Shown: positions 45,657 through 53,633 of the stretch, in pieces | Numbering within the stretch: position 1 is the stretch's first letter | How the letters are laid out: the number at the start of each line of letters is the position of its first letter | NCBI GenBank assembly: GCA_046331155.1 | Contig: JAXLRK010000001.1 | Location: forward strand, 1,029,335 to 1,093,334 | Origin: Acidimicrobiia bacterium | GTDB lineage: Bacteria > Actinomycetota > Acidimicrobiia > IMCC26256 > CAWATG01 | DNA: 64,000 nucleotides | Direction: 5' to 3' | Notes under the pieces: model-generated | Told to the model about the DNA's origin: nothing | Seen by the model: the letters and a program-made list of their open reading frames with translations, nothing else | The model's database searches: none | Made by a program: the position numbers and the translations under genes

Positions 45657-46871
45657 TCATGCCCGCCACGCTTCGTACTTGCGGAGCTCCCGCCGGGCGA
45701 TCTGCATCTTGTGCACTTCGTCGGGGCCGTCCACGAGGTGGAGCGTACGGGCGTGCGTGTACATGTCGGCCAGCGGCCAGTCGCCGGTGAGACCGGCCCC
45801 GCCGAAGAGCTGGATCGCCCGGTCGGTGACCGTCGTCGCGACGCGGGCCGCCACCACCTTGATCGCCGAGATCTCGAAGCGGGCGCCCTTCGCCCCGACC
45901 GTGTCCATGAGCCACGCGGCCTTCATCGTGAGCAGGCGCGCCTGCTCGATCTCCATGCGTGACTCCGCGATGCGGTCCTGCACGACGCCCTGATCGGCCA
46001 GCGGTCTGCCGAACGCGACCCGCAGCTGCGAACGCTGGCACATCAGTTCGAGGGCCCGTTCGGCGAGCCCGATCGCGCGCATGCAATGGTGGATGCGTCC
46101 GGGACCGAGGCGGGCCTGCGCGATCGCGAAGCCGTCGCCCTCGTTGCCGAGCATGTTCGCGGCCGGGACGCGTACGTCCTCGAACAGGGTCTCGCAGTGC
46201 CCGCCGCCCTCGTCGTGCCCGAACACGGGGAGCGTGCGCACGACGCGCGCGCCCGGTGTGTCCATCGGAACGAGGATCATCGAGTGCCGGTGGTACGGAT
46301 CGGCGTCGGGGTTCGACACGCCCATGACGATGGCGATCTTGCAGCGCGGTGACGCGGCACCGGTCGTCCACCACTTGTGCGCGTTGACGACGTAGTGGTC
46401 GCCGTCGCGTTCGATACGGCTCGAGATGTTGGTCGCGTCGGAGCTCGCGACCCATGGCTCGGTCATCGCGAAGCACGAGCGGATCTCGCCTTCGAGCAGC
46501 GGGTCGAGCCAGTCGGCTTGCTGCGCCGGGGTGCCGAACATGGCGAGGATCTCCATGTTGCCGGTGTCGGGCGCGGCGCAGTTCGTGGCCTCCGCGGCAA
46601 GTGGCGCGTACCCCATGAGCTCGCACAGCGGGGCGTACTCCGCGTTGGTCAGTCCGGCGCCACGCGGGTCGTGCGGGAGGAAGAGGTTCCACAGGCCGCG
46701 CCGGCGTGCCTCGGCCTTCAGCTCCTCGACGACGGGCGGGTGCGAGTGGGAGTCGCCCGACGCCCGGAGCTGCTCGTGGTAGGCGGTCTCGGCGGGCAGC
46801 GCGTGCTGCCGCACGAAGTCCTCGAGGCGGCCCCGCAGATCCTCGGCGCGGGCACTCGGGGTGAAGTCCAT
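45657..46871 (-). CDS. Acyl-CoA dehydrogenase (ACAD10/11-FadE type)
   Basis: 404 aa. CFAMTEP, GDHYVVNAHKWWTTGA and the C-terminal DGPDEVH pattern. Confidence 0.92.
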   Translation of the reverse strand: MDFTPSARAEDLRGRLEDFVRQHALPAETAYHEQLRASGDSHSHPPVVEELKAEARRRGLWNLFLPHDPRGAGLTNAEYAPLCELMGYAPLAAEATNCAAPDTGNMEILAMFGTPAQQADWLDPLLEGEIRSCFAMTEPWVASSDATNISSRIERDGDHYVVNAHKWWTTGAASPRCKIAIVMGVSNPDADPYHRHSMILVPMDTPGARVVRTLPVFGHDEGGGHCETLFEDVRVPAANMLGNEGDGFAIAQARLGPGRIHHCMRAIGLAERALELMCQRSQLRVAFGRPLADQGVVQDRIAESRMEIEQARLLTMKAAWLMDTVGAKGARFEISAIKVVAARVATTVTDRAIQLFGGAGLTGDWPLADMYTHARTLHLVDGPDEVHKMQIARRELRKYEAWRA

Positions 46872-46969
46872 GGTCCGCTCCTCCGTGCCGTCACGGCCCT
46901 CGGCATCGTGCGCACCCTACTGCCCGACCCGCTTGCCCGACGATGCGCACGCTGGGCTAGAAACACGGC

Positions 46970-47608
46970 GTGACCTCGGCGGCCTGGACCCTGCTGGCGC
47001 TCGCGGCGGTGGCCGCGGTCGTCGACTGGTACGCGGTCGCCCGTGGCGCGGCGGGTCTCGAGTACGTCGCCAAACCGGCGACCCTGTTGCTGCTGATCGG
47101 TGTCGCCATCACGCTCGACCCGACTCACGCGGATCAGCGGGCGTGGTTCGCCGTCGCGCTCGTCTGCTCGCTTGCCGGCGACGTGTTCCTCATGTTGCCG
47201 AGTGATTGGTTCGTCGCGGGCCTGGCATCGTTCTTCCTGGCGCACGTTGCCTACGTCGGCGGGTTCTCGCGACACGGTGGGTCGGCCGGGTCGGTGGCGC
47301 TCGCCACCGTTCCGGTCGTCGTGGTCGCGGCCTTCCTCGCGGTGAAGTACGTGCGCGCGCTGCGCGCCCGGGACGAAGCGCGGCTCGTCGGCCCGGTGCT
47401 CGCGTACGTCGCGGTGATCGCGGCGATGGTGGCGTCCGCGCTCGCATGGGGTGACACGGTTGCCGCGCTGGGCGCGCTCCTGTTCATGGCTTCCGACGCG
47501 ATGATCGGGTGGAACCGGTTCGTCCGCGCGTTCTCCTGGGCTCCTGTCGCCATCATCGTCACGTACCACCTCGGCCAGACAGGCCTGGTGCTCTCGCTCG
47601 TGCGCTGA
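46970..47608 (+). CDS. YhhN-family membrane protein (lysoplasmalogenase-like)
   Basis: 212 aa with a GTG start. KPATLLLL, SLAGDVFLM and FFLAHVAY motifs. Confidence 0.85.
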   Translation: MTSAAWTLLALAAVAAVVDWYAVARGAAGLEYVAKPATLLLLIGVAITLDPTHADQRAWFAVALVCSLAGDVFLMLPSDWFVAGLASFFLAHVAYVGGFSRHGGSAGSVALATVPVVVVAAFLAVKYVRALRARDEARLVGPVLAYVAVIAAMVASALAWGDTVAALGALLFMASDAMIGWNRFVRAFSWAPVAIIVTYHLGQTGLVLSLVR

Positions 47609-47744
47609 GCGACGAGGACCCGCTCGCCCGCCGTTCCCCGTCGTGGGCGTGCCGAAGCCCCCACGGGACCCTCGCCCCCGGGACTTCCGCCTCTTTGACG
47701 TCGGGCCCATCGCTCCGACAATCGAAAGAGACGAGGAGGCCGAC

Positions 47745-47957
47745 ATGAAGGTCTGTCGGGAGTGCGGAACGGATGTCGACGTCCATCGCGGGTGGTGTCG
47801 GCACTGTCGTGCCCGCGCGCGGGGCCGGACGATCGGGACCGTGGGTCCCACTTCCGAGCGGGTTCCCAAGGCACCCGACCTGGAGCCGTTGCACGATCGA
47901 CCCTGGGTGGCGCGGAGCGCGTTCACGGATGGCATCCGCCGTTCGCCCCGCCGGTGA
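47745..47957 (+). CDS. Small zinc-ribbon-like protein (CRECG...CRHC)
   Basis: 70 aa. A strong GAGGAGG SD ends 5 nt upstream of the ATG. GC3 is lower than in its neighbours, so coding status is moderate. Confidence 0.5.
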   Translation: MKVCRECGTDVDVHRGWCRHCRARARGRTIGTVGPTSERVPKAPDLEPLHDRPWVARSAFTDGIRRSPRR

Positions 47958-47983
47958 GCGGTCGTTCACGAGGGGGAGCCGAG

Positions 47984-48772
47984 ATGATCGGGACGGAGCC
48001 ACTTCAGGCGTTGCAGGTCTCGACGCACGGTCCGGTCGAACGCAACGACTTGGCCTACGCGAAGGACAAGGTTTCACACCTCTTCCGCATGGCCGCGGGG
48101 CCCGTGTTGCACGCGACGGTCCGGTTGACCCAGGAGGCGGATCCCGCCCGTGAGCGGCGGGCGGTCGCAGAGGCGACGCTCGACGTCGACGGGCGTTTCG
48201 CGCGGGCGCACGTCTCCGCACCGACGATGCACGAGGCCGTCGACCTGCTCGAGGCGCGGTTGCGTCGCCGGCTATTGATGCTGGCCGAGCGAGCGGAGTC
48301 GAAACGCCTTCGGCACCGGGGCGGTCGCGAGCACGAGTGGCGGCGCGGCGACGCCCGCACCCATCGGCCGCAGTACTACGAGCGGCCCATCGACGAGCGC
48401 GAGATCGTCCGGCGGAAGTCGTTCGAGCTCGACGAGCTGACGGTCGACGAGGCGGCCTTCGAGATGGAGCTGCTGGCCCACGACTTCTTCCTCTTCTCGG
48501 AGTTGGCCACGGGTGTCGACAGCGTGGTCTACCGGCGCCGCGACGGCAGCTTCGGACTGCTGCAACCCGCGGGGACCCGCGCCGACCTGACGGCGTGTGT
48601 CGCGTCCGTGCACCACGGCGACCGCGTGGCAGGGAACCTCACCGACGCGGAGGCCGTCGAACTGCTCGATCTCACCGACGACCCGTTCGTGTTCTACGTC
48701 GACGAGGCGACCGGCCGGGGCCGGGTGCTGTACCGCCGGTACGACGGGCACTACGGCCTGGTGGCCTGCTGA
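47984..48772 (+). CDS. HPF/RaiA-family ribosome hibernation factor-like protein with duplicated C-terminal domain
   Basis: 262 aa with AGGGGGAG SD. N-terminal S30AE-like fold, then two copies of the HPF C-terminal motif (IVRRKSFELDELTVDEAAFEMELLAHDFFLF...; LTDAEAVELLDLTDDPFVFYVD...). From memory this resembles mycobacterial Rv0079. Confidence 0.75.
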   Translation: MIGTEPLQALQVSTHGPVERNDLAYAKDKVSHLFRMAAGPVLHATVRLTQEADPARERRAVAEATLDVDGRFARAHVSAPTMHEAVDLLEARLRRRLLMLAERAESKRLRHRGGREHEWRRGDARTHRPQYYERPIDEREIVRRKSFELDELTVDEAAFEMELLAHDFFLFSELATGVDSVVYRRRDGSFGLLQPAGTRADLTACVASVHHGDRVAGNLTDAEAVELLDLTDDPFVFYVDEATGRGRVLYRRYDGHYGLVAC

Positions 48773-48824
48773 CGCCCTGGTGACCTGCTGACGCACTGGT
48801 GACCTGCTGACGCGTGGTGTGACC
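48758..48824. repeat. 19-bp tandem repeat x3 plus partial (CTGGTG[G/A]CCTGCTGACGC[C/A/G]) spanning the HPF-like stop codon
   Basis: Units at 48758-48776, 48777-48795 and 48796-48814, plus a partial TGGTGTGACC. The first unit encodes the last residues LVAC plus the TGA. Confidence 0.9.
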
Positions 48825-48845
48825 GCGGCGCGCTGGGGCCCGCGC

Positions 48846-49694
48846 TCAGCTCGGGACGGCCGTGTCCCAGAACTCCTTGAGCTCCTTCGGGAGCACGGCG
48901 CGGACGTCGCGTGCCTCCTCGGGCACCAGCGAGCGCAACGCCCCGATGATCGATTCGGCGATGACGGTGGCGTGGCCCGGGTCGACGCCGCCCCGTGCCG
49001 TCGCCGACGCCACGAGCTCGGGCACGGTACGGACCCGTGATGCCGACCGGCCCCGCCGCCGCGGTGGACCGGCGAGCGCGACGACGTCGGCGGGGAGGTG
49101 CGAGAGCAGGTGGTCGACCTGGTTGCCGGGAAGCCGGTCGGCGAAGGCGCTGAGCACGGAGCGCACCGCTGCGAGCGACGACCGTTCGGCCGCGCCGCCC
49201 GCGACGGCGGCGTCGAGCAGGCGCCGAAGTGCGGGCGAGGCCTCGGCCTGGTGCCCCTCCGATGGTCGAGTGTCGCCTTTGGCCAGCCCGACGTGCAGAT
49301 AGGACTCGACCGCCATGACGCCCGACACGTCGAGCACGGCTTCGGCGATCGTGTCGGCGTCCTCGATGGTCGGGACTTCGCCGTGGAGCAACGCGACCCG
49401 GTCCTCGACCATCACGTGCACGCGCGGAACGTCGAGGCGCTTCTCGAGCGGTCCGAGCTCGGAACGGATCCGGTCGGCGAGGATGTCGTCGGAGACGTGC
49501 TCGTCCGGGTGTCCGCCGCGGAACTGGTACCGCACCCCCCGCATGCGGCCACGGACGTGTCGAACGCGGCGTTGGACCTCCGCGCCGGCCTGTCCGACGA
49601 CCCGGCCCGGCAGACTGCTCCGGCTCGTCGCCAGCACCACGCCGGCGACGCCGACTGCCAGACCTCCCACGCGTACCACCGTCCTGCGAACCAT
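48846..49694 (-). CDS. BON-domain / DUF2267-domain stress protein with N-terminal membrane anchor
   Basis: 282 aa from ATG 49694 (AAGGAGG SD). BON-like VHVMVEDRVALLHGEVPTIEDADTI, and C-terminal DUF2267-like helices; these assignments are from memory. Confidence 0.7.
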   Translation of the reverse strand: MVRRTVVRVGGLAVGVAGVVLATSRSSLPGRVVGQAGAEVQRRVRHVRGRMRGVRYQFRGGHPDEHVSDDILADRIRSELGPLEKRLDVPRVHVMVEDRVALLHGEVPTIEDADTIAEAVLDVSGVMAVESYLHVGLAKGDTRPSEGHQAEASPALRRLLDAAVAGGAAERSSLAAVRSVLSAFADRLPGNQVDHLLSHLPADVVALAGPPRRRGRSASRVRTVPELVASATARGGVDPGHATVIAESIIGALRSLVPEEARDVRAVLPKELKEFWDTAVPS

Positions 49695-49852
49695 GGCGGC
49701 CTCCTTCTCTCGACCCAACCTTTGTCGTGTCGGTGTGCCGCGCCCAGGGTCGAAGGTCACGCCCTCGGCGGGCGATCCCTACCCGCAGGGACCTCGGTCC
49801 CTTGCCCGCGTGTGGCCCGTCGACCCATGATGACGGCGAGGAGGTTGCGACG

Positions 49853-50050
49853 ATGAAGGCGAAGGTGGGAGACGAGATCGTGGTGGACAGCGTCGATCTG
49901 GGTGGGCCGACGCGCCGGGGCCAGATCCTCGAGGTGCGCAGCTCCGACGGCGACGAGCACTACCTGGTGCGATGGGACGACAACGGGCACGAGACCATCT
50001 TCTACCCGGGCAGTACGTCCCACGTCATCCATCCCGGCCAGAGCCGCTGA
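49853..50050 (+). CDS. DUF1918-like small protein
   Basis: 65 aa with GAGGAGG SD. MKAKVGDEIVV...GQILEVRSSDGDEHYLVRWDDNGHETIFYPG matches the family pattern. Confidence 0.75.
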   Translation: MKAKVGDEIVVDSVDLGGPTRRGQILEVRSSDGDEHYLVRWDDNGHETIFYPGSTSHVIHPGQSR

Positions 50051-50068
50051 CCGCACCAGGACCACTTC

Positions 50069-50114
50069 AAAAGGTAGCGATCGGTAACGTATTCGTTACC
50101 GATCGCTACCTTTT
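50069..50114. terminator. Bidirectional intrinsic terminator: perfect 21-bp stem, 4-nt loop, A4/T4 flanks
   Basis: AAAAGGTAGCGATCGGTAACG-TATT-CGTTACCGATCGCTACCTTTT lies between the convergent DUF1918 (+) and ribB (-) genes. It is an AT-rich island in a GC-rich background. Confidence 0.85.
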
Positions 50115-50126
50115 GTGAGGCGAGGG

Positions 50127-50786
50127 TTACAGGAGGAGCGGGGCGGGCGAGCGAAGGTCGACGTCGCCGGCGTCGTCCAGCGTGTCGCGGTGCGCCGCGA
50201 CCTGCTCGACCGAGATCATGGCGATGCGGTGCTCGGACGCGAACATCTCGAGATACGGGAGGCGCGCCGCCGAACCGTCGTCGTGGAGGACCTCGCAGAT
50301 GACCGCGATCGGCGACAGTCCGGCGAGTCGCGCCAGGTCCACCGCGGCCTCGGTATGGCCGCGCCGCTCCAGGACACCGCCCGGCCGGGCGCGCAGCGGG
50401 AACACATGGCCCGGTCGGTCGAAATCGTGAGCACGTGACGCCGGGTCGAGCACTCGCTTGATCGTCTCGGCGCGATCGTGCGCGGAGATGCCGCTGCCGA
50501 CGCTCACGTGGTCGATCGACACGGTGAACGCGGTGTCGTTGGTCGCGTGGCCGGTCGGCACCATGGGGCCGATCTCGAGCTCGGCCAGCCGGCTCGTCTC
50601 GCAGGGCATGCACACCAGCCCCCGCGCCCAGCGCAGCATGAAGTTGATCGCCTCGGGGGTGACCCACTCGGCGGCCATGGTGAGGTCCCCCTCGTTCTCG
50701 CGGTCCTCGTCGTCGACGACGAGGACCATCTCGCCGCGCCGGATCCGCTTGAGTGCCTCCTCGACCGAGGACAGCGTGCTCGTCAT
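50127..50786 (-). CDS. ribB: 3,4-dihydroxy-2-butanone 4-phosphate synthase
   Basis: 219 aa. VVDDEDRENEGDL and RRGHTEAAVDLARLAG motifs. There is no GTP cyclohydrolase II domain. Confidence 0.92.
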   Translation of the reverse strand: MTSTLSSVEEALKRIRRGEMVLVVDDEDRENEGDLTMAAEWVTPEAINFMLRWARGLVCMPCETSRLAELEIGPMVPTGHATNDTAFTVSIDHVSVGSGISAHDRAETIKRVLDPASRAHDFDRPGHVFPLRARPGGVLERRGHTEAAVDLARLAGLSPIAVICEVLHDDGSAARLPYLEMFASEHRIAMISVEQVAAHRDTLDDAGDVDLRSPAPLLL

Positions 50787-50831
50787 GGGTGGTTCCTCTC
50801 TGCGTTCGGTGGGTCGGTGGTCACGGCTTGG

Positions 50832-51845
50832 TCACGACGACGCCCCGGGGAGCGTGACGACCATCCGGCAGCCGTGCGGCCGCCGCGATTCGGGATGGAT
50901 GTCGCCGCCGTGCAGGTCGACGATCCACCGGGCGATGGCGAGACCCAGCCCGGCGCCGCCGTCGCTCGTGCTCCGAGCCGCGTCGGCGCGGTAGAAGCGC
51001 TCGAAGACGCGTTCCGCCTGGTCGTCGGGGATGCCGGGACCCTCGTCGGCCACCTCGATGCGCACGTGCCCGTTTGTGCGGGCCGCCCGCACCTCGATCG
51101 TGCCGCCCGCCGGCGAGTAGCGCACGGCGTTCTCGAGGAGGTTGGCGACGACCTGGTGGACGCGCTCGGGGTCACCATCGGCCGCGAGGCCCGGTGACTC
51201 CACGATCACGTCCACGGCGACGTCGGGAGCGTGCAACTGCGACTCGCGCACGGCGTGCTCGAGCATCGGCACCACGTCGAACGCGCACCGTTCGAGCGGC
51301 AGCGTGCCCGACTCGAGCCGCGAGAGGTCGAGCAGCTGGGTGACGAGGCGCCCGAGCCGTTCGACCTGGGCGAGCATCGTCCGCAGGGTCTCGGGGTCCG
51401 GCGGCTCGACGCCGTCGACGAGGTTCTCGAGCACGACCTGGAGGGCGGTGATCGGGGTGCGGAGCTCGTGCGAGACGTTGGCGACGAGGTCGCGCCGGAC
51501 CCGGTCCGTCTCGGCGAGCTCGGCGGCCATCTTGTTGAACGCGACCGCGAGCCGGCCCACCTCGTCGTGGGACGTGGCGGTGACCCGCTTGCTGTAGTCG
51601 CCACGCGCCATGGCGTTCGTCGCGTCGACCATGTCGCGCAGCGGGGAGGTCATGCCGCGGGCGAGGAACCGCACCATCACCAGCGCGAGCGACGCCGCGA
51701 TGATGCCACTCACCGACGGCCAGATCCCGATCTTGGTCCCCAGCCAGAACACCATCACGGTCACCGAGACGGCGGCGAAGATGACCGCACCGAGCTTGAT
51801 CTTGAGCGACGGGAGCTGGTCGAGGGGGCGGACGTGGTTCCTCAT
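50832..51845 (-). CDS. Sensor histidine kinase (TM-HAMP-HisKA-HATPase)
   Basis: 337 aa. H-box SHELRTPITAL, NLLENAVRYS, DEGPGI, GLGLAIAR. Confidence 0.92.
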   Translation of the reverse strand: MRNHVRPLDQLPSLKIKLGAVIFAAVSVTVMVFWLGTKIGIWPSVSGIIAASLALVMVRFLARGMTSPLRDMVDATNAMARGDYSKRVTATSHDEVGRLAVAFNKMAAELAETDRVRRDLVANVSHELRTPITALQVVLENLVDGVEPPDPETLRTMLAQVERLGRLVTQLLDLSRLESGTLPLERCAFDVVPMLEHAVRESQLHAPDVAVDVIVESPGLAADGDPERVHQVVANLLENAVRYSPAGGTIEVRAARTNGHVRIEVADEGPGIPDDQAERVFERFYRADAARSTSDGGAGLGLAIARWIVDLHGGDIHPESRRPHGCRMVVTLPGASS

Positions 51846-52555
51846 GCCGCGTCACCTCCGAGCCCGTCGTCGACCGCGTAGCCCACGCCGTGCACGGTCC
51901 GCACGACCGACGACCCGAGCTTGCGCCGCAGCGCGCGCACGTGGGAGTCGACGGTCCGGACACCCGCGCCGTCGCGGTAGCCCCAGACCTCGGCGAGCAA
52001 CTGCTCTCGCGTGGCGACGGCACCCGGACGCGCGGCGAGGAACAGCAGGAGGTCGAACTCGGTGGGCGTGAGGTGGACGAGGTCGTGGTCGCGCCGGACG
52101 CGCCGCGTCGTCGGGTCGATCTCGACCGCGCCGACGCGAACGGGCCGGTCGGGTGTCGCGGCGGCCGCGGCCGCGCGGTCGACGCGACGGAGGATGGTCT
52201 GCACGCGCGCGACGAGCTCGCGCGCGCTGAACGGTTTCGTCATGTAGTCGTCGGCGCCGACCGCGAGCCCGACCAGTAGGTCGGTCTCCGAGTCCCGCGC
52301 CGTGAGCATCAGGACCGGCACGGCGCGCTCGCGCTGGACGCGCCGGCACACCTCGAGGCCGTCGATGCCCGGAAGCATGAGGTCGAGGACGACGAGGTCG
52401 GGCCGGACGCGATCGCAGAGCTCGACTCCGGCGAGACCGTCGGCTGCGATCTCGACGTCGAAACCCTCACTGCGCAGGCGCGCCGCAACGGCGTTCGCGA
52501 TCGAGGCCTCGTCCTCGACGACGACGATGGTGCGGGTCGCCACGGCCGTGTCCAC
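51842..52555 (-). CDS. OmpR/PhoB-family response regulator
   Basis: IVVVEDE...DLVVLDLMLPGIDG...LTARD...DDYMTKPF plus a winged helix. Its stop overlaps the kinase ATG (ATGA). GTG 52555 was chosen as the start, which is tentative. Confidence 0.9.
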   Translation of the reverse strand: MDTAVATRTIVVVEDEASIANAVAARLRSEGFDVEIAADGLAGVELCDRVRPDLVVLDLMLPGIDGLEVCRRVQRERAVPVLMLTARDSETDLLVGLAVGADDYMTKPFSARELVARVQTILRRVDRAAAAAATPDRPVRVGAVEIDPTTRRVRRDHDLVHLTPTEFDLLLFLAARPGAVATREQLLAEVWGYRDGAGVRTVDSHVRALRRKLGSSVVRTVHGVGYAVDDGLGGDAA

Positions 52556-52625
52556 ACCCTCAGGATACGGACCATTCGGTGCAGGAGTCCCCCCGGCGAC
52601 GTGGAGATTCCGTGCAGAGACGGCC

Positions 52626-53633
52626 TCAGAGCAGGGGGAACAGGACCATTCCGTCCGGGTGGAGCCGCAGATGGACGGGCGCGCCGACCGGCGGGACGTC
52701 ACCGGCGCCGACGGCCACCCGGAGGGGGCCCGACGCGGTGTCGACCCGGACGAGGAAGCGGTCGCGGCGGAACTCGTGGTCGGCGACGGCGCCCTCGATC
52801 CGGCCGTCGGCCGCGATGGAGAAGGCGGTGGCCCGGGCGGCGACGAGCGCCGGGCCGTCGGGGATCCCGGGCGCGGGGAGATCCCCCCAGGCCGACGCCG
52901 CGGTCCCGGCCGCGACGGCGGCCGTGGTCGTCGTGTCGAAGCCGAGGAACGTCGCGGCGAACGGGGTGCGGGGGTGGTTCCACACCCGCTCGGCGGGTCC
53001 GTCGTCCTCGACGCGGCCGGCGCGCAGGACGAGGACCCGGTCGGCCAGCGCGAACGCCTCCTCGTGGTCGTGGGTGACCGCGAGCACGGTGATGCCGAGA
53101 TCGCGGAACAAGGCGCGCAGCTCGCGTACGAGACGTTCGCGCAGGACGCGATCGAGGGAGCCGAGCGGTTCGTCGAGCATCAACACCCTCGGGCGCGGCG
53201 CGAGCGCCCGGGCGAGCGCGACGCGTTGTTGCTCACCGCCCGAGAGCTCGAAGACGCGTCGGTGCTCGTAGCCGGCGAGCCCGGTCATGGCGAGGACCTC
53301 CCGGCATCGGGTGTCGACGTCGGTGTCGCCCCGCATCCGCAGACCGAACGCGACGTTGCCGAGGACGTCGCGGTGCGGGAACAGCGCGTGGTCCTGGAAC
53401 ATCAGCCCGAATCCCCGCCGGTGCACCGGCACGTCTCGCAGGTCGACGCCGTCCCAGGCGACCCGGCCCGACGTGAGCGGCTCGAGTCCCGCGACCGCGC
53501 GCAGCAAGGTGCTCTTGCCCGAGCCGCTCGGCCCGAGCACCGACACGATCGTGCCCGGTTCGACGGCGAGGTCGATGCCGTCGATGGCGAGCGTGGCGCC
53601 GTAGTGCACCCGCACGTCGTCGAGCTCCAGCAT
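52626..53633 (-). CDS. thiQ: Thiamine-type ABC transporter ATP-binding protein
   Basis: 335 aa. Walker A GPSGSGKST, signature LSGGEQQR, Walker B LMLDEP. Last gene of the riboswitch-controlled operon. Confidence 0.85.
   Translation of the reverse strand: MLELDDVRVHYGATLAIDGIDLAVEPGTIVSVLGPSGSGKSTLLRAVAGLEPLTSGRVAWDGVDLRDVPVHRRGFGLMFQDHALFPHRDVLGNVAFGLRMRGDTDVDTRCREVLAMTGLAGYEHRRVFELSGGEQQRVALARALAPRPRVLMLDEPLGSLDRVLRERLVRELRALFRDLGITVLAVTHDHEEAFALADRVLVLRAGRVEDDGPAERVWNHPRTPFAATFLGFDTTTTAAVAAGTAASAWGDLPAPGIPDGPALVAARATAFSIAADGRIEGAVADHEFRRDRFLVRVDTASGPLRVAVGAGDVPPVGAPVHLRLHPDGMVLFPLL

Noticed and set aside
46872-46969. Direct repeats TGCCCGAC x2 and GTGCGCAC/ATGCGCAC motifs in the fadE/yhhN divergent region as a TetR-type operator
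   Set aside because: The repeats are short and imperfect and no adjacent regulator gene is present. The evidence is too weak to call.
50787-50831. FMN riboswitch upstream of ribB
   Set aside because: Only 45 nt separate ribB from the upstream kinase gene, and none of the conserved FMN-element blocks are visible.
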